Assembly: GCA_963765495.1 (NCBI GenBank)
Contig: CAVXWP010000006.1
Span: 192,001 to 256,000, forward strand
DNA length: 64,000 nucleotides
Direction of reading: 5' to 3'
From: Blastocatellia bacterium
Lineage (GTDB): Bacteria; Acidobacteriota; Blastocatellia; UBA7656
The notes under the pieces were generated by a model. That model worked only from the letters and a program-made list of their open reading frames with translations, was not told the origin of the DNA and searched no databases. Of this stretch, positions 30,459 to 40,423 are shown one piece after another. The position numbers and the translations under genes were made by a program. Position 1 is the first letter of the stretch, and each line of letters starts with the position of its first letter.

Positions 30459-30947
30459 ATGAAAAGCACTGACACGACCGTTACACCGGAAGAATTTCGC
30501 AGCGCGCTCGGCCATTTTGCCAGCAGCGTCACCGTAGTAACTGCAAGATGCGAGGATGAGAAACTGCGCGGCATCACCGTCAGCGCGTTTTCTTCGCTCT
30601 CTCTCGACCCGCCCCTGATCCTTATCTGCATCGACACGAGGGCCTCGCTACACGAATACCTGAAAGAGGGCTGCTACTTTGCGGTAAACATTCTGGCCGA
30701 AGATCAGGAACTGGTCTCGCGCCGCTTTGCCTCAAAAGACCCCGAACGTTTTAACGGGGTCGGGTACAAAGAGGGGATCGAGAGGACTCCTTTGCTCGAT
30801 GGAGCCCTGGCAAATATCGAGTGCCGCGTCACGAGCGCCTACCCCGGCGGCGATCATACCATCTTTGTGGGCGAGGTCGTTTCCACACATATTATCGAGC
30901 ACAAGCCTCTGTTGTATTTTCGTGGCGGCTACAGGCAGCTTGAATAG
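30459..30947 (+). CDS. Flavin reductase (HpaC/RutF-like)
   Basis: FRSALGHFASSVTVVT, SLSLDPP, GGDHTIFVGEV, PLLYFRG. Confidence 0.93.
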   Translation: MKSTDTTVTPEEFRSALGHFASSVTVVTARCEDEKLRGITVSAFSSLSLDPPLILICIDTRASLHEYLKEGCYFAVNILAEDQELVSRRFASKDPERFNGVGYKEGIERTPLLDGALANIECRVTSAYPGGDHTIFVGEVVSTHIIEHKPLLYFRGGYRQLE

Positions 30948-31161
30948 GCCGAGGGCCGGTGCGCCGCCTTCGCTTGCCTGCCCCGTTTATCTCACCTGTT
31001 ATCTTCACTCGATGAGGTGTGTTCACCGTCCATCCGTGGAAGATTGACCGCATTTGAAATCTAGCTCCAATAGAGAGGACCTGAGCGGATATTGATTCCG
31101 GCAACAGTTTTGTCATCAATTCAATCGCCAGAGCGTGCCGGGTCTGTTGGAGAGATTTTCT

Positions 31162-32610
31162 ATGCTGATGAGAAAATGGTTTGTCCTGTCTGTCGTCTCT
31201 GTTGCCTTTGCCTGTCTTCTGCCCTTGCTTGAAGGCCCGTTCCAGGGCGCGCAGGCACAGACCGAAACAACGTTTGGACCGGAAACCTTTACACGCGGGT
31301 CAACGAAGAAAGCCACCTTTTCTCGTTCTTTCACCGCCGATCAATCGCGTCCATACACGCTCACTCTGATCAACGGAGCAGGCGACGGCTCATTGCGCGC
31401 AAAGAAAGGTATCGTGACGCTGGACGGCACCATGATTCTTGGAAAGGATGTATTCAACAAGCGCGCCGACCGCATCGTTGTCGCCGTAAATCTTTCTCAA
31501 CAGAACGATCTCAATTTCTGGTTCAAGGGCCCGGAAGGATGTTTCGTAAGCGTCTCGATTGACCCGGTGCCAGATGGTTTGCTAAACGATCCTGCAAGCA
31601 GTGATTTCGATTCGAAACAGGCCGGAATAGGGTTTCCATTCTCAGTAGACATAGATCAATCGAACCATCGCGCGTATGTCTCTGACCGCTATCGTGATTC
31701 GGTGATCGAGTTCAACATACCCGAGGCTTCGATCTCTCGATGGTTCACAGACCTTGATGGCGATACCGCCCTCGACAACGGCGCTACGGCCGGAGTCGCT
31801 TTCAACTCAAATGCCCGCAACGTAGTCGCAATCAACGAAGGCGCTACCGGGAACGGAAGCGTCGCGGTCATAAATCTGGATAACGGGTTTGTAAACGTCA
31901 CGACCGTGACGAGCAATGACGGCAATACATCTCCCGTCTATGCGGCTGTAAACCCCGCAAACAGCATAGCCGCTTTCACCGGGCAATATAACGTGAACGG
32001 CAGGCGCGCATACTTTTTTGACACGACGAGCCGTGTGCTTTCCACGCGCAATGAAAGCGTCTCGTTAAATGCGGTAGCCTTCAGCGCAGGGACGGGTGAA
32101 TTCATATTTACCACAAGCGACGGCGGCTCATCTCCGGGGCTGTTTGTTTACAGCGCCACGGCCCCGTTTCAGCGCGTCGGGCGAATAGATTCTACGGCGC
32201 GGGCGGGAAGCGTATTCAACAAGGTGGCTGTCAATCCCGAGACCAACATAGCCGCCGCCGTAAACCTGGGCGATGGATCGGTGATACTGTTTGATGTAGC
32301 GGCAGGCCGCCAGATTGCGCGCGTGCCGATCCGCGCAGACAACTCTCCGAATGCCTTAGCCGATATAGCGATCAATCCTCAAACCAACATGGCCGTTGTC
32401 ACCAGCCGGTTTACCGAGCGAGTAATTGTGATCGACCTGGCCACAGGGCTTGTGGCCGCCGAGATGCCGCTGCCTGCCGGCACGCGCCCTCTCGGCGTGA
32501 GCATAGATCACGGGCTCAACCGGGCCGTGATAGCCGAAAACGGATTTGCAAGCACCGAGCGCAACGGCAGCATTCTGGTAGTTCAGTTGCCCTCATTTCG
32601 AGAGCGGTAA
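31162..32610 (+). CDS. Secreted YncE/YVTN-type beta-propeller protein
   Basis: Signal peptide and repeated AVNPxTNxAxV blades. Start approximate. Confidence 0.8.
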   Translation: MLMRKWFVLSVVSVAFACLLPLLEGPFQGAQAQTETTFGPETFTRGSTKKATFSRSFTADQSRPYTLTLINGAGDGSLRAKKGIVTLDGTMILGKDVFNKRADRIVVAVNLSQQNDLNFWFKGPEGCFVSVSIDPVPDGLLNDPASSDFDSKQAGIGFPFSVDIDQSNHRAYVSDRYRDSVIEFNIPEASISRWFTDLDGDTALDNGATAGVAFNSNARNVVAINEGATGNGSVAVINLDNGFVNVTTVTSNDGNTSPVYAAVNPANSIAAFTGQYNVNGRRAYFFDTTSRVLSTRNESVSLNAVAFSAGTGEFIFTTSDGGSSPGLFVYSATAPFQRVGRIDSTARAGSVFNKVAVNPETNIAAAVNLGDGSVILFDVAAGRQIARVPIRADNSPNALADIAINPQTNMAVVTSRFTERVIVIDLATGLVAAEMPLPAGTRPLGVSIDHGLNRAVIAENGFASTERNGSILVVQLPSFRER

Positions 32611-32631
32611 ACAATAGACAGCACATAAAAC

Positions 32632-32727
32632 CAGAAAGCAGTAAGCAGGACTCGTTCCTGCTCTGCTCAAAAGGCGCGGAAACATTCGGACTTCTCTGCC
32701 CCCTATCCGATGTTCTCCGCGCCTTTC
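32632..32727. terminator. Two hairpins between convergent genes; the first is a degenerate (CAGWAAG)n heptamer palindrome
   Basis: CAGAAAG CAGTAAG CAGGA...TCCTGCTCTGCT, then AAAGGCGCGGA-AACATTCGGA...TCCGATGTT-CTCCGCGCCTTT. Confidence 0.55.
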
Positions 32728-32751
32728 TTTGCCTCTGTTTTTTGAATCGTC

Positions 32752-33864
32752 TTATATCAGATCGTCAATCGGTGTGTATTCGAGGCTCTGATCTTCGGCC
32801 ACCGCTTTATAAGTGGTCTTGCCTTTGTATGTATTGAGACCGTGTTTCAGATGCGGGTCTCGTTTGATCGCTTCAACCAGACCGTGATTGGCGATCTTTA
32901 CCGCGAAAGGCATGGTCACATTTGTGAGCGCAAAGGTCGAAGTGCGAGGCACGGCTCCGGGCATGTTCGTCACTCCATAATGGAGCACATTCTCGACGTA
33001 ATAAGTCGGTTGAGAGTGTGTGGTCGGTCTGGTCGTCTCTATGCACCCGCCCTGATCTACCGCCACATCGACTATCACCGCGCCGCGAGGCATGGCCGCG
33101 AGCATATCTCGCGTGACAAGCTTTGGCGCGGCAGCGCCGGGCACGAGCACCGCGCCTACGACTAAATCGGATGCCGAAACGGATTCGGCTATCGTGTAAG
33201 GGTTCGAAGCCAGCGTGCGGATACGGCTGCCAAAAATATCGTCCAGATAGCGAAGGCGTTCCAGGTCGCGGTCTATTATGTTTACAGCCGCGCCCAGCCC
33301 GACGGCCATCTTGGTAGCGTTTATGCCTACCACTCCGCCGCCGATTATAGTCACGCGCGCGGGCGCAACGCCCGGAACTCCGCCAAGCAGCACTCCGCGC
33401 CCGCCGTTTGTTTTCTCAAGATAGGTTGCGCCCACCTGTATCGACATACGTCCGGCGACCTCGCTCATCGGCGTGAGCAACGGCAGATGCCCGAAATCGT
33501 TTGTTATGGTTTCGTAGGCGACACCGGCTACGCCGTTATCGAGCAGGGCTTTTGTCAGTTCGCGAGCCGGGGCCAGGTGCAGGTATGTAAACAGTATCAG
33601 CCCTTCGCGCAGGCGAGGGTATTCCAACGGGATCGGCTCTTTGACCTTTACTACCATATCGGCGCTCGACCAGACCTCGTCGGCTGTGCCCACGATCTGG
33701 CCACCCGCCGTCGTGTACTCATCATTCGAGATGCCGGACCCCTCGCCCGCCGCCGTCTCGACCAGCACCGTGTGCCCTGCATCCGTGAGCGCCTTTACAC
33801 CCGCAGGGACAAGCCCTACGCGATACTCGTTATCTTTAACTTCCTTTGGTAATCCGACTATCAT
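32752..33864 (-). CDS. ald: Alanine dehydrogenase
   Basis: [51 protein letters not shown]. Confidence 0.96.
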   Translation of the reverse strand: MIVGLPKEVKDNEYRVGLVPAGVKALTDAGHTVLVETAAGEGSGISNDEYTTAGGQIVGTADEVWSSADMVVKVKEPIPLEYPRLREGLILFTYLHLAPARELTKALLDNGVAGVAYETITNDFGHLPLLTPMSEVAGRMSIQVGATYLEKTNGGRGVLLGGVPGVAPARVTIIGGGVVGINATKMAVGLGAAVNIIDRDLERLRYLDDIFGSRIRTLASNPYTIAESVSASDLVVGAVLVPGAAAPKLVTRDMLAAMPRGAVIVDVAVDQGGCIETTRPTTHSQPTYYVENVLHYGVTNMPGAVPRTSTFALTNVTMPFAVKIANHGLVEAIKRDPHLKHGLNTYKGKTTYKAVAEDQSLEYTPIDDLI

Positions 33865-33877
33865 ATCTCTCCTGTTA

Positions 33878-33961
33878 AGTGATCAGTGATCAGTAGTCAG
33901 TAAAAAGCGAATAGCCTGTAATTATCAACCGACCACCGGTCACTGACCACTGACTACTGCC
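33878..33961. repeat. Heptamer palindrome (AGTRRTC)n...(CTGACCA)n
   Basis: 24-nt arms at 33878-33901 and 33928-33951. 4 of 5 mismatches are G-U on the minus (transcribed) strand. Confidence 0.85.
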
Positions 33962-35491
33962 TCATCCTATGCCGCTTGCAATAGTATCTATCTGGGCGCG
34001 CTGGAGCTTGCCGGAATAATCCACATAGACGGCTTTCCATTCCGAGAATATATCCAGCACCTGTGTGCCGCCTTCACGGTGTCCGTTGCCCGTGGCTTTC
34101 GTGCCGCCAAAAGGCAGATGAACCTCCGCGCCGATGGTCGAGGCGTTTACATAAAATATGCCTGTGTTGAGGTCTTCCATAGCCCGGAACGCGCGATTCA
34201 CATCCCGCGTGTAGATCGAAGCCGACAACCCGTAGCGCACGCCGTTGGCTATCTCGACCGCCTCGTCTATGTCGCGGCATTCGATGATCGACACCACGGG
34301 GCCGAATATCTCTTCCTGCGCGATTCGCATGCCCGGATCAACCTTTGAAAAGACCGTGGGCTCGATAAAGTAACCATGCTTGAGATCGCCTTTTTCGGCG
34401 CGACCTCCGCCGCACATCAGCTTTGCTTTGTCCTCTTTCTGCCCTATTTCGATGTAGCCCAGGATCTTTTCAACAGCCTCTTCATTGATCACCGGCCCGA
34501 CATCGGTTTTATCGCTTAGACCGGGGCCGAGCTTCAGTCTCTTTGCGCGATCAACAAGAGTGCTTGTGAATTTTTTGGCGACTTTCTTGTGTACGACTAC
34601 GCGCGAGGTCGCGGTGCATCGCTGGCCCGTAGTCCCGAACGCGCCCCACAACACGCCTTCTACCGCGAGGTCGAGATCGGCATCCTCCATTATCATAATG
34701 ACGTTCTTGCCACCCATTTCGAGCGAGCATATCTTGTCTTTCTCAGCCGATGCCTTCCCGACTATTCGCCCAACATCGGTTGAACCCGTAAAGGAGATCA
34801 GCCGCACATCCGCGTGGTCTACAAGCGCCGCGCCGGCCTGTTCGCCGTAGCCGGAAACGATATTGATAACGCCCTCGGGGACTCCCGCTTCCTGGCACGC
34901 CTCGACCAGATTATAAGTCGAGTGCGGCGTGTCTTCGGCAGGCTTTATCACAACGGTGTTTCCACAGACGAGCGCGGGCATGATCTTCCAGCTTGGTATC
35001 GCCATGGGGAAATTCCACGGCGTTATCAACCCGCATATCCCTATGGGTTCGCGTGTGCACATCGCGTATTTATTTGGCAATTCCGCTTTGGTCGTGAATC
35101 CGTGCAGTCGGCGGCCTTCGCCCGCGATGAAGTAAGTCATGTCGATCGCTTCCTGCACATCGCCGCGAGTCTCTTTCAGGACTTTGCCCATCTCGCGAGT
35201 CATCGCGCGGGCAAACTCTTCTTTGCGGCGGATCAGAACTTCCCCGACCTTAAAGAGGATTTCCGCCCGGCGCGGCGCGGGAACTTTGCGCCACTTGCCG
35301 TAGGCTTCCGATGCCGCGCTGACTGCCCGCTCCACGTCTTCTGATGAGGATGCCGGGAAACGGCCTACGAGGTCGCGCGTGTCGGCCGGGTTGCGGTTTT
35401 CGATATATTCGCCCGAAGCCGGGGCCACCCACTCGCCGTTGATGAAATTACGATACTCTGTGCTTTTTACCTTAGCTGCTGGTTTAGCCAT
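33962..35491 (-). CDS. Aldehyde dehydrogenase
   Basis: [22 protein letters not shown] (catalytic Cys), EEIFGP, PFGG. Confidence 0.95.
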   Translation of the reverse strand: MAKPAAKVKSTEYRNFINGEWVAPASGEYIENRNPADTRDLVGRFPASSSEDVERAVSAASEAYGKWRKVPAPRRAEILFKVGEVLIRRKEEFARAMTREMGKVLKETRGDVQEAIDMTYFIAGEGRRLHGFTTKAELPNKYAMCTREPIGICGLITPWNFPMAIPSWKIMPALVCGNTVVIKPAEDTPHSTYNLVEACQEAGVPEGVINIVSGYGEQAGAALVDHADVRLISFTGSTDVGRIVGKASAEKDKICSLEMGGKNVIMIMEDADLDLAVEGVLWGAFGTTGQRCTATSRVVVHKKVAKKFTSTLVDRAKRLKLGPGLSDKTDVGPVINEEAVEKILGYIEIGQKEDKAKLMCGGGRAEKGDLKHGYFIEPTVFSKVDPGMRIAQEEIFGPVVSIIECRDIDEAVEIANGVRYGLSASIYTRDVNRAFRAMEDLNTGIFYVNASTIGAEVHLPFGGTKATGNGHREGGTQVLDIFSEWKAVYVDYSGKLQRAQIDTIASGIG

Positions 35492-35805
35492 TTAAGTCTT
35501 CCCTCCCTTATTTTCGATAGTTCGGCAATCGCGACCGCATCTTCGGGCATCTTGTGGCATGCATAACAGGGCGTAGTCTTGTCAGGCGGTTTGCCCTTCT
35601 TAGGATGGCGCGGCGGCATAGGCGCTACCGTGGAATCTGGCGCGTGACACTCAAGACAGGTCTCGCGCGGGGTCTTCTGAGACAGCCCGGCGTGTTCAGG
35701 ATGCGGCCCGAGCGGTTTCGGCTTTCGCCCGATGAGCGATAGAAAGATAAACAGACCGACGACGGCGATAGCGATGGCAAGAAATATCAGGTCCTTTTTA
35801 TTCAT
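35467..35805 (-). CDS. Small membrane-anchored diheme cytochrome c
   Basis: N-terminal TM helix, CLECH and CYACH, each preceded by a His. Overlaps the ALDH start. Confidence 0.8.
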   Translation of the reverse strand: MNKKDLIFLAIAIAVVGLFIFLSLIGRKPKPLGPHPEHAGLSQKTPRETCLECHAPDSTVAPMPPRHPKKGKPPDKTTPCYACHKMPEDAVAIAELSKIREGRLKWLNQQLR

Positions 35806-35998
35806 AAAACCGCGCGCTATGGCGACTCTGACAGGTAGCCTGCTAAACGGCAAACCTGACGATATAAAATCTAAGTTTGCCAAACAGACATCTTACACCA
35901 AAATCAGGTCATAGTCAGGTCAGAAAGCCCTTTTAATTGCCGCTCTGACCTCTTAGTCAGGGCTGGTCAGCATTTAAAATGTCATGTAGGAAAACAGG

Positions 35999-36100
35999 AA
36001 TAGGCCGGGACGGGCGCGGATGCGGCGGATCTACGCGGATTACCTCAAATAAGGTCTGATCCGCGTTGATCCGTCCGATACGCGCCCGTCCCGGCCTATT
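35999..36100. repeat. 102-bp MITE-like palindrome with perfect 20-bp terminal inverted repeats and internal GCGGAT tandem units
   Basis: AATAGGCCGGGACGGGCGCG ... CGCGCCCGTCCCGGCCTATT. Confidence 0.85.
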
Positions 36101-36326
36101 TCAATTCGCCTATAGTTCAAATCAACCTTTAACGCTTTTGCCGTTAACTTGTGCTCATCAGTGTCGTGATCGAGCACCTGATAGCGGCTCGTGTTGCTTT
36201 CAAGGTTCTATACATTTTCCTGCTCTTGATTGTCAATCGTTCTGAGTCGTCGAATTATCCACTGCCCGCCCGATGCCGTCTTCGGCTCGAATCTTTGCGC
36301 CCGGGTCTTTCGCTCGTCTCCTTATA

Positions 36327-38768
36327 TTACCTGGGACGGCGACCTCCGATACGCGGGCCACTGCCACCACGGAAACCGCCTCCTGCTGAACGAAAGTTGT
36401 CCCACCGCTGCTGCCCGGCGGCCCTCGCCGCTTGCTGATCTTGAAAATGGCGGGTGTCCGCCGACCGGCTTACCGATGACCAGCCACTGCTCGTGTGTTG
36501 CTGCAAACCGTCTGACTTGTTGTAGCGGTAGACGTTCCCATCCCTCCCTGCGTAGACATTGTTCCCTCCGACCGCAACCCCTGTGTCGGTTCTTGTGTTA
36601 TAGGCGAAACCTCTCCCGGCTGCCGTGACCTCTCCAGTAGAGGCGTTGTAGGTAGCGCCAGCCGCGCCCCCGCTTATCACTCCTGTTCGAGGGTTATAGC
36701 CCGCGCCTCGCGCGCCGACTGCGGCGTTGCCCGTGTAGGCATTGCTTGCGGAAACAGCCTGCCCCGCGCCGCCCCTGCCTGTGATCGGGTTGTAGGCGCC
36801 TCCGCCTCCGCCTGTGACGGTCGTGCCGGTGTAAATATTGGTGTTGGTTCCGCCTCGGCCATAGTACCTGGTGCCTGTGGCCGTGTTGACGCCAGAGTAT
36901 ACGCCGCCCCTGCCGTAGTTGCCAGTATAGGGATTAGCCCAGGCGGCCCTCGTCCCGGCGTATGCTACATTTCCCCATTGACCGTAAACATTGGCCGCCG
37001 CCACGCCGCCGTAGCCGCAGCAACCATAGGCATAATAACCCGTCGCCGGGCCATACCACGGAGCCGGATAGTAATAGCCGCTCCAGCCGTACCCGACGCC
37101 GTACGCAATGCCCCAGCCGCCACTCGTGCTCCAGGCAAAACCGACACCGTAGCCGTAAGTGTATGACCAGCCATGCCAGTAGGTGCCGATATAAGGCGGA
37201 TAGTACCAGCCCGTGCCGTACACCACGACATTGGTTGAAGAGACTACCGTCCCATAATAGCCGGGCGTGTATCCTGCATAGACTACCTCCGGCGTCGAAC
37301 CGTAGACCTTGACGTAAGTCACATTATGCACGGGCGAGTCTGGCGGAATCGTGTAAATAACTGCTGGAACCGAACTCGCCGCGATCCACGGGCCGGTAGG
37401 CGAGGCAGCCACAAACCAGACTCCGTTTTCCACCGCGTAGTAGCTGTTCGAGTTGAGGGCAATGACCGGCGTGGGCGTGTTGACCGCGTATTCGAGCGTT
37501 GTGCCTTCGATTGCCCTGAACTGTGGCTGACCGTCGTAATTGACCCGAAGCGTTGCCTCGCTCCGCGTGATTGTCGCGGTCTGCGGGATGTCGTTTGCAA
37601 TCAGGGCCTCCATCGCCTGTGGCGTGCCCGGGATCGAGACCAGAACGCCCGCCTTTACGTGCGAGGGAGGAATCCTGGCGAAATCAGCCGGCAACTCGCC
37701 GCCCGGCACAAATTCCCACGGGCCTTTCATCGATTTCGACCGAAACCAGCGACCGGAAAACAACACATAATGATCCTCGGAGGCCGTGTCTACGAAAATA
37801 TCGTTTTCGGTATTGGTCACATAGACAAGGCGCGTTCCTTCAATCGCTGCGATCTGAGGGTCGCCCTGTGTCTGAAGCAGTTCGGCAGGCCCGAGGCTTG
37901 TATAGATAACCGGGAGGGCGTCGGCCTTTGCGGCTTCCTCAAGCGACGGCCTCTTGTTACCACTCGCCGCCCCGTCGAGCGGGTCCACCTGCCGGGTCTC
38001 TTCCGCCACGGTCAACGCTTTTTTCAGGTCGGCGGGCACGCTCTCGGCGATCACCCACGGCCCGGTCACCGCGGCAGCTTCCATCCATCCGTCCATCAAA
38101 TGCAGGTAGAATTTGCCCTGTGATTCATCCCGCAGGATGAGCACTCGCGTGTTGATCACGCGCTTTAGTTCGGTGTCCCTGACCGGGCGCAGCACCGGGC
38201 TGCCGTCAATCAGAATCAGAATCGCCGCCCGGGTGCTGAAGAAGATTTGCGGCGGATCGTTCTTGAGTTGATACCCGGCTGTTTGTTCATCTGCCCGGGT
38301 GGTGGCCAGATCGGCCAGCAGTCGGTCGAGCGCAATAACTTCGCCCGCTTTCGGCACCCGCTGCTCGATGACGTACCAGTACAGATTGGCCTTATCGTCT
38401 GCCGTAGGGAAACTGACTTTCGTGATTTGAAAATCGGCCATCGTCACCAGCCGGTTTATCTTGTCGATCTCGGTTCGGGCCGTAAACCAGAGAACTCCAT
38501 AAGTCGTTTGCTTCGATTGCCCGTCGGTGACAGCGACCGCTGCGCGTGCTTCAAGACGATTGCCCTGCCACTGCTCAATCTGCGGCTGATAGACTGAAAA
38601 CGTATTTGCGCCACTCGTGAACTTTCGCGGCCAGCCCTTATCGGTCAGCGCGGCCTTCTGATTACCTGCTACCCTGGAGGCAGACTGAGCAAAGCAGATC
38701 GGCGATGATGCTGCCGAAACGCAGATTACGAAGAAGAGAAGAATGAGCCTTTTCAAAATGAAATTCAT
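36327..38768 (-). CDS. Large secreted hypothetical protein with Gly/Tyr/Trp-rich C-terminal region
   Basis: Signal peptide, WPR..VYQPQ, SGRWFRS..GPW, IPQTA, VVVYGTGW and a Gly-rich YNP.TG repeat tail. Confidence 0.85.
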   Translation of the reverse strand: MNFILKRLILLFFVICVSAASSPICFAQSASRVAGNQKAALTDKGWPRKFTSGANTFSVYQPQIEQWQGNRLEARAAVAVTDGQSKQTTYGVLWFTARTEIDKINRLVTMADFQITKVSFPTADDKANLYWYVIEQRVPKAGEVIALDRLLADLATTRADEQTAGYQLKNDPPQIFFSTRAAILILIDGSPVLRPVRDTELKRVINTRVLILRDESQGKFYLHLMDGWMEAAAVTGPWVIAESVPADLKKALTVAEETRQVDPLDGAASGNKRPSLEEAAKADALPVIYTSLGPAELLQTQGDPQIAAIEGTRLVYVTNTENDIFVDTASEDHYVLFSGRWFRSKSMKGPWEFVPGGELPADFARIPPSHVKAGVLVSIPGTPQAMEALIANDIPQTATITRSEATLRVNYDGQPQFRAIEGTTLEYAVNTPTPVIALNSNSYYAVENGVWFVAASPTGPWIAASSVPAVIYTIPPDSPVHNVTYVKVYGSTPEVVYAGYTPGYYGTVVSSTNVVVYGTGWYYPPYIGTYWHGWSYTYGYGVGFAWSTSGGWGIAYGVGYGWSGYYYPAPWYGPATGYYAYGCCGYGGVAAANVYGQWGNVAYAGTRAAWANPYTGNYGRGGVYSGVNTATGTRYYGRGGTNTNIYTGTTVTGGGGGAYNPITGRGGAGQAVSASNAYTGNAAVGARGAGYNPRTGVISGGAAGATYNASTGEVTAAGRGFAYNTRTDTGVAVGGNNVYAGRDGNVYRYNKSDGLQQHTSSGWSSVSRSADTRHFQDQQAARAAGQQRWDNFRSAGGGFRGGSGPRIGGRRPR

Positions 38769-38838
38769 ATGCCACCTCTGTTTTTGCTGAATCGCGGGAA
38801 GAGACCTTCGACCCGGAGTTCAGCCCGTAGAACCTTCG

Positions 38839-39528
38839 CTACCGCGCCGTTCGCTCGTAGTCGAAGTTTTCAGTGAGTAATGTTAGCTCCTCGCTCGGAT
38901 AGTCAATCACGGAGCGAGCCATGTGGGTCGGGCCCTGCGGCAGGTCTTGAAAATCTGAAACGATTCTCACAGGCTTCTTGTCCAGGGTTGTCTGAATCTC
39001 TACCCTTCGCTGCTTTTTTGTCACTAAGTCAACCCACACGGTCATCGAATCCCCAGGCTGGAGGAGGTTGCTGCCGCTGATGCTAATCAGCTTTTGCTGC
39101 GAGACTACTTCGGGCGTCACGCGCGCGGCTGCCATGAAGCGCTGCATTTCGTCGGCTGAAAGCTCGCTATAGGATTTAGCCAGCCTGCCGAGGCTATCGA
39201 GCGTCTCCAGGAAATTCTCTTTTTTCTTCTGAGCGATACGACCCCGGATGCCGTGTGTCGGTAACTTCTGCTCCGGCGTACTTGAGATCGGCGTCTTCTG
39301 CAAGGTGCCGTCAATGTCGTAGCGCATAAGGGCTAGCTGAACGCTTCTGGTTTCGCCTCCCTTTCGAATTTCGGTTCGCGATTTCCAGGCGTATTGCGCG
39401 AGCGCCCCCGCATTCTGTTGCTGTAACCGGGCAAAGCTCCGATCCATTTGGGAGGGGAAGGCAACCCCTGTCAGCAACAGAATCACCATCCCAAATTCAA
39501 TTCCGCGACGGATAGCAAGATATTTCAT
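38839..39528 (-). CDS. Secreted hypothetical protein
   Basis: RBS GGAG, signal-like N-terminus, N..AL.QY.WK.RTE motif, C-terminal ENFDY. In operon with its neighbours. Confidence 0.8.
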   Translation of the reverse strand: MKYLAIRRGIEFGMVILLLTGVAFPSQMDRSFARLQQQNAGALAQYAWKSRTEIRKGGETRSVQLALMRYDIDGTLQKTPISSTPEQKLPTHGIRGRIAQKKKENFLETLDSLGRLAKSYSELSADEMQRFMAAARVTPEVVSQQKLISISGSNLLQPGDSMTVWVDLVTKKQRRVEIQTTLDKKPVRIVSDFQDLPQGPTHMARSVIDYPSEELTLLTENFDYERTAR

Positions 39529-39549
39529 GGTAATCTCTCCTCTCTCGGA

Positions 39550-40080
39550 TTAACTCTTCCCGGCTTGATCCTTGAGGAACTTCTGCACGAGCCTGGCTAC
39601 GCCCTTGTTGACATCCTTATCAAGCTCCTTCTGTTTGACCGTACCGGAGACAAACCCGCGCCAGACCTCTTGCTGCGTTCGACTGTCAACGAAAACCACT
39701 ACAATCGTGCCTTCCGTCACCTGATCCACGTTAATGCTTCCCATCCTCTGGAAGATGCCGAAGCGATTATCCCGAATATCGAGCGCCTTGCGAGTCGTAA
39801 CAAAGTAGGCGATCAAGAAGTCGGGCTGGCCGCTCGTGCTGTCTGTAAAGCCGTGCGCCTTCAGTTGAGAATCGAGGGCATCGTGGATGCGGCGATCATT
39901 CAGGGGGCTTGCCGCGAGCGCATCACCGGGCTTTCGTTCCTGTTGATAGAAGTCATAGGACTTGAGCCCGGCGAGATTGAATGAGTGGTCATAATCTGTT
40001 TGTACCGACTGCGCTGTGGCGGCAATCGAGCAGATCATCATCAAAAGACCGCTGCCAAATAAGACGCGAAGTGTTTTCAT
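39550..40080 (-). CDS. DUF4136 domain protein
   Basis: VQTDYD..FN...KSY, EGTIVVVFVD....VWRG. Confidence 0.85.
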   Translation of the reverse strand: MKTLRVLFGSGLLMMICSIAATAQSVQTDYDHSFNLAGLKSYDFYQQERKPGDALAASPLNDRRIHDALDSQLKAHGFTDSTSGQPDFLIAYFVTTRKALDIRDNRFGIFQRMGSINVDQVTEGTIVVVFVDSRTQQEVWRGFVSGTVKQKELDKDVNKGVARLVQKFLKDQAGKS

Positions 40081-40233
40081 AACTTTTCTCCTTTTCGTTG
40101 CTTAATCTCGGGCGCAAGAAAGCAGGGTGAGGCGGATGGTTTCTGTTCTCTCTGATGCAAAACGCTACTGTCTCTTTTCCGCGAACCCTGTTTTTGTGGT
40201 CCGCGACTGCTCTCTTGCGACGCCTGGAGAAAA

Positions 40234-40249
40234 GGCAATCGCTTTGCCA
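40234..40249 (-). promoter_or_regulatory. sigma54 (-24/-12) promoter of the DUF4136 operon
   Basis: Minus strand TGGCAA-AGCGA-TTGCC. Confidence 0.7.
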
Positions 40250-40319
40250 GAAGACAGGCAAGCCGGGCACAGAGGTCAAATTAATGAAAGAAGGGAAGTT
40301 ACACGGATAGGTAGTAAGA

Positions 40320-40340
40320 TGCCGAAACGCAGTGCCGAAG
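40320..40340. promoter_or_regulatory. Candidate upstream activator site (tandem TGCCGAA)
   Basis: TGCCGAAACGCAGTGCCGAA. The same half-sites occur, in the same relative orientation, at 43165-43195. Confidence 0.5.
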
Positions 40341-40423
40341 AGAGTTGTGCCCAGATTTTGGCTCGAGCCAAAATCTGGGCACTGTAAATTTCAAAAAAAC
40401 AGATTTATTGGGTCAAAGAATGA

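Noticed and set aside
35825-35975. Cluster of GTCAG/CTGAC pentamers upstream of the cytochrome
   Set aside because: Irregular spacing and no clear palindrome or period, so too weak to call an operator.
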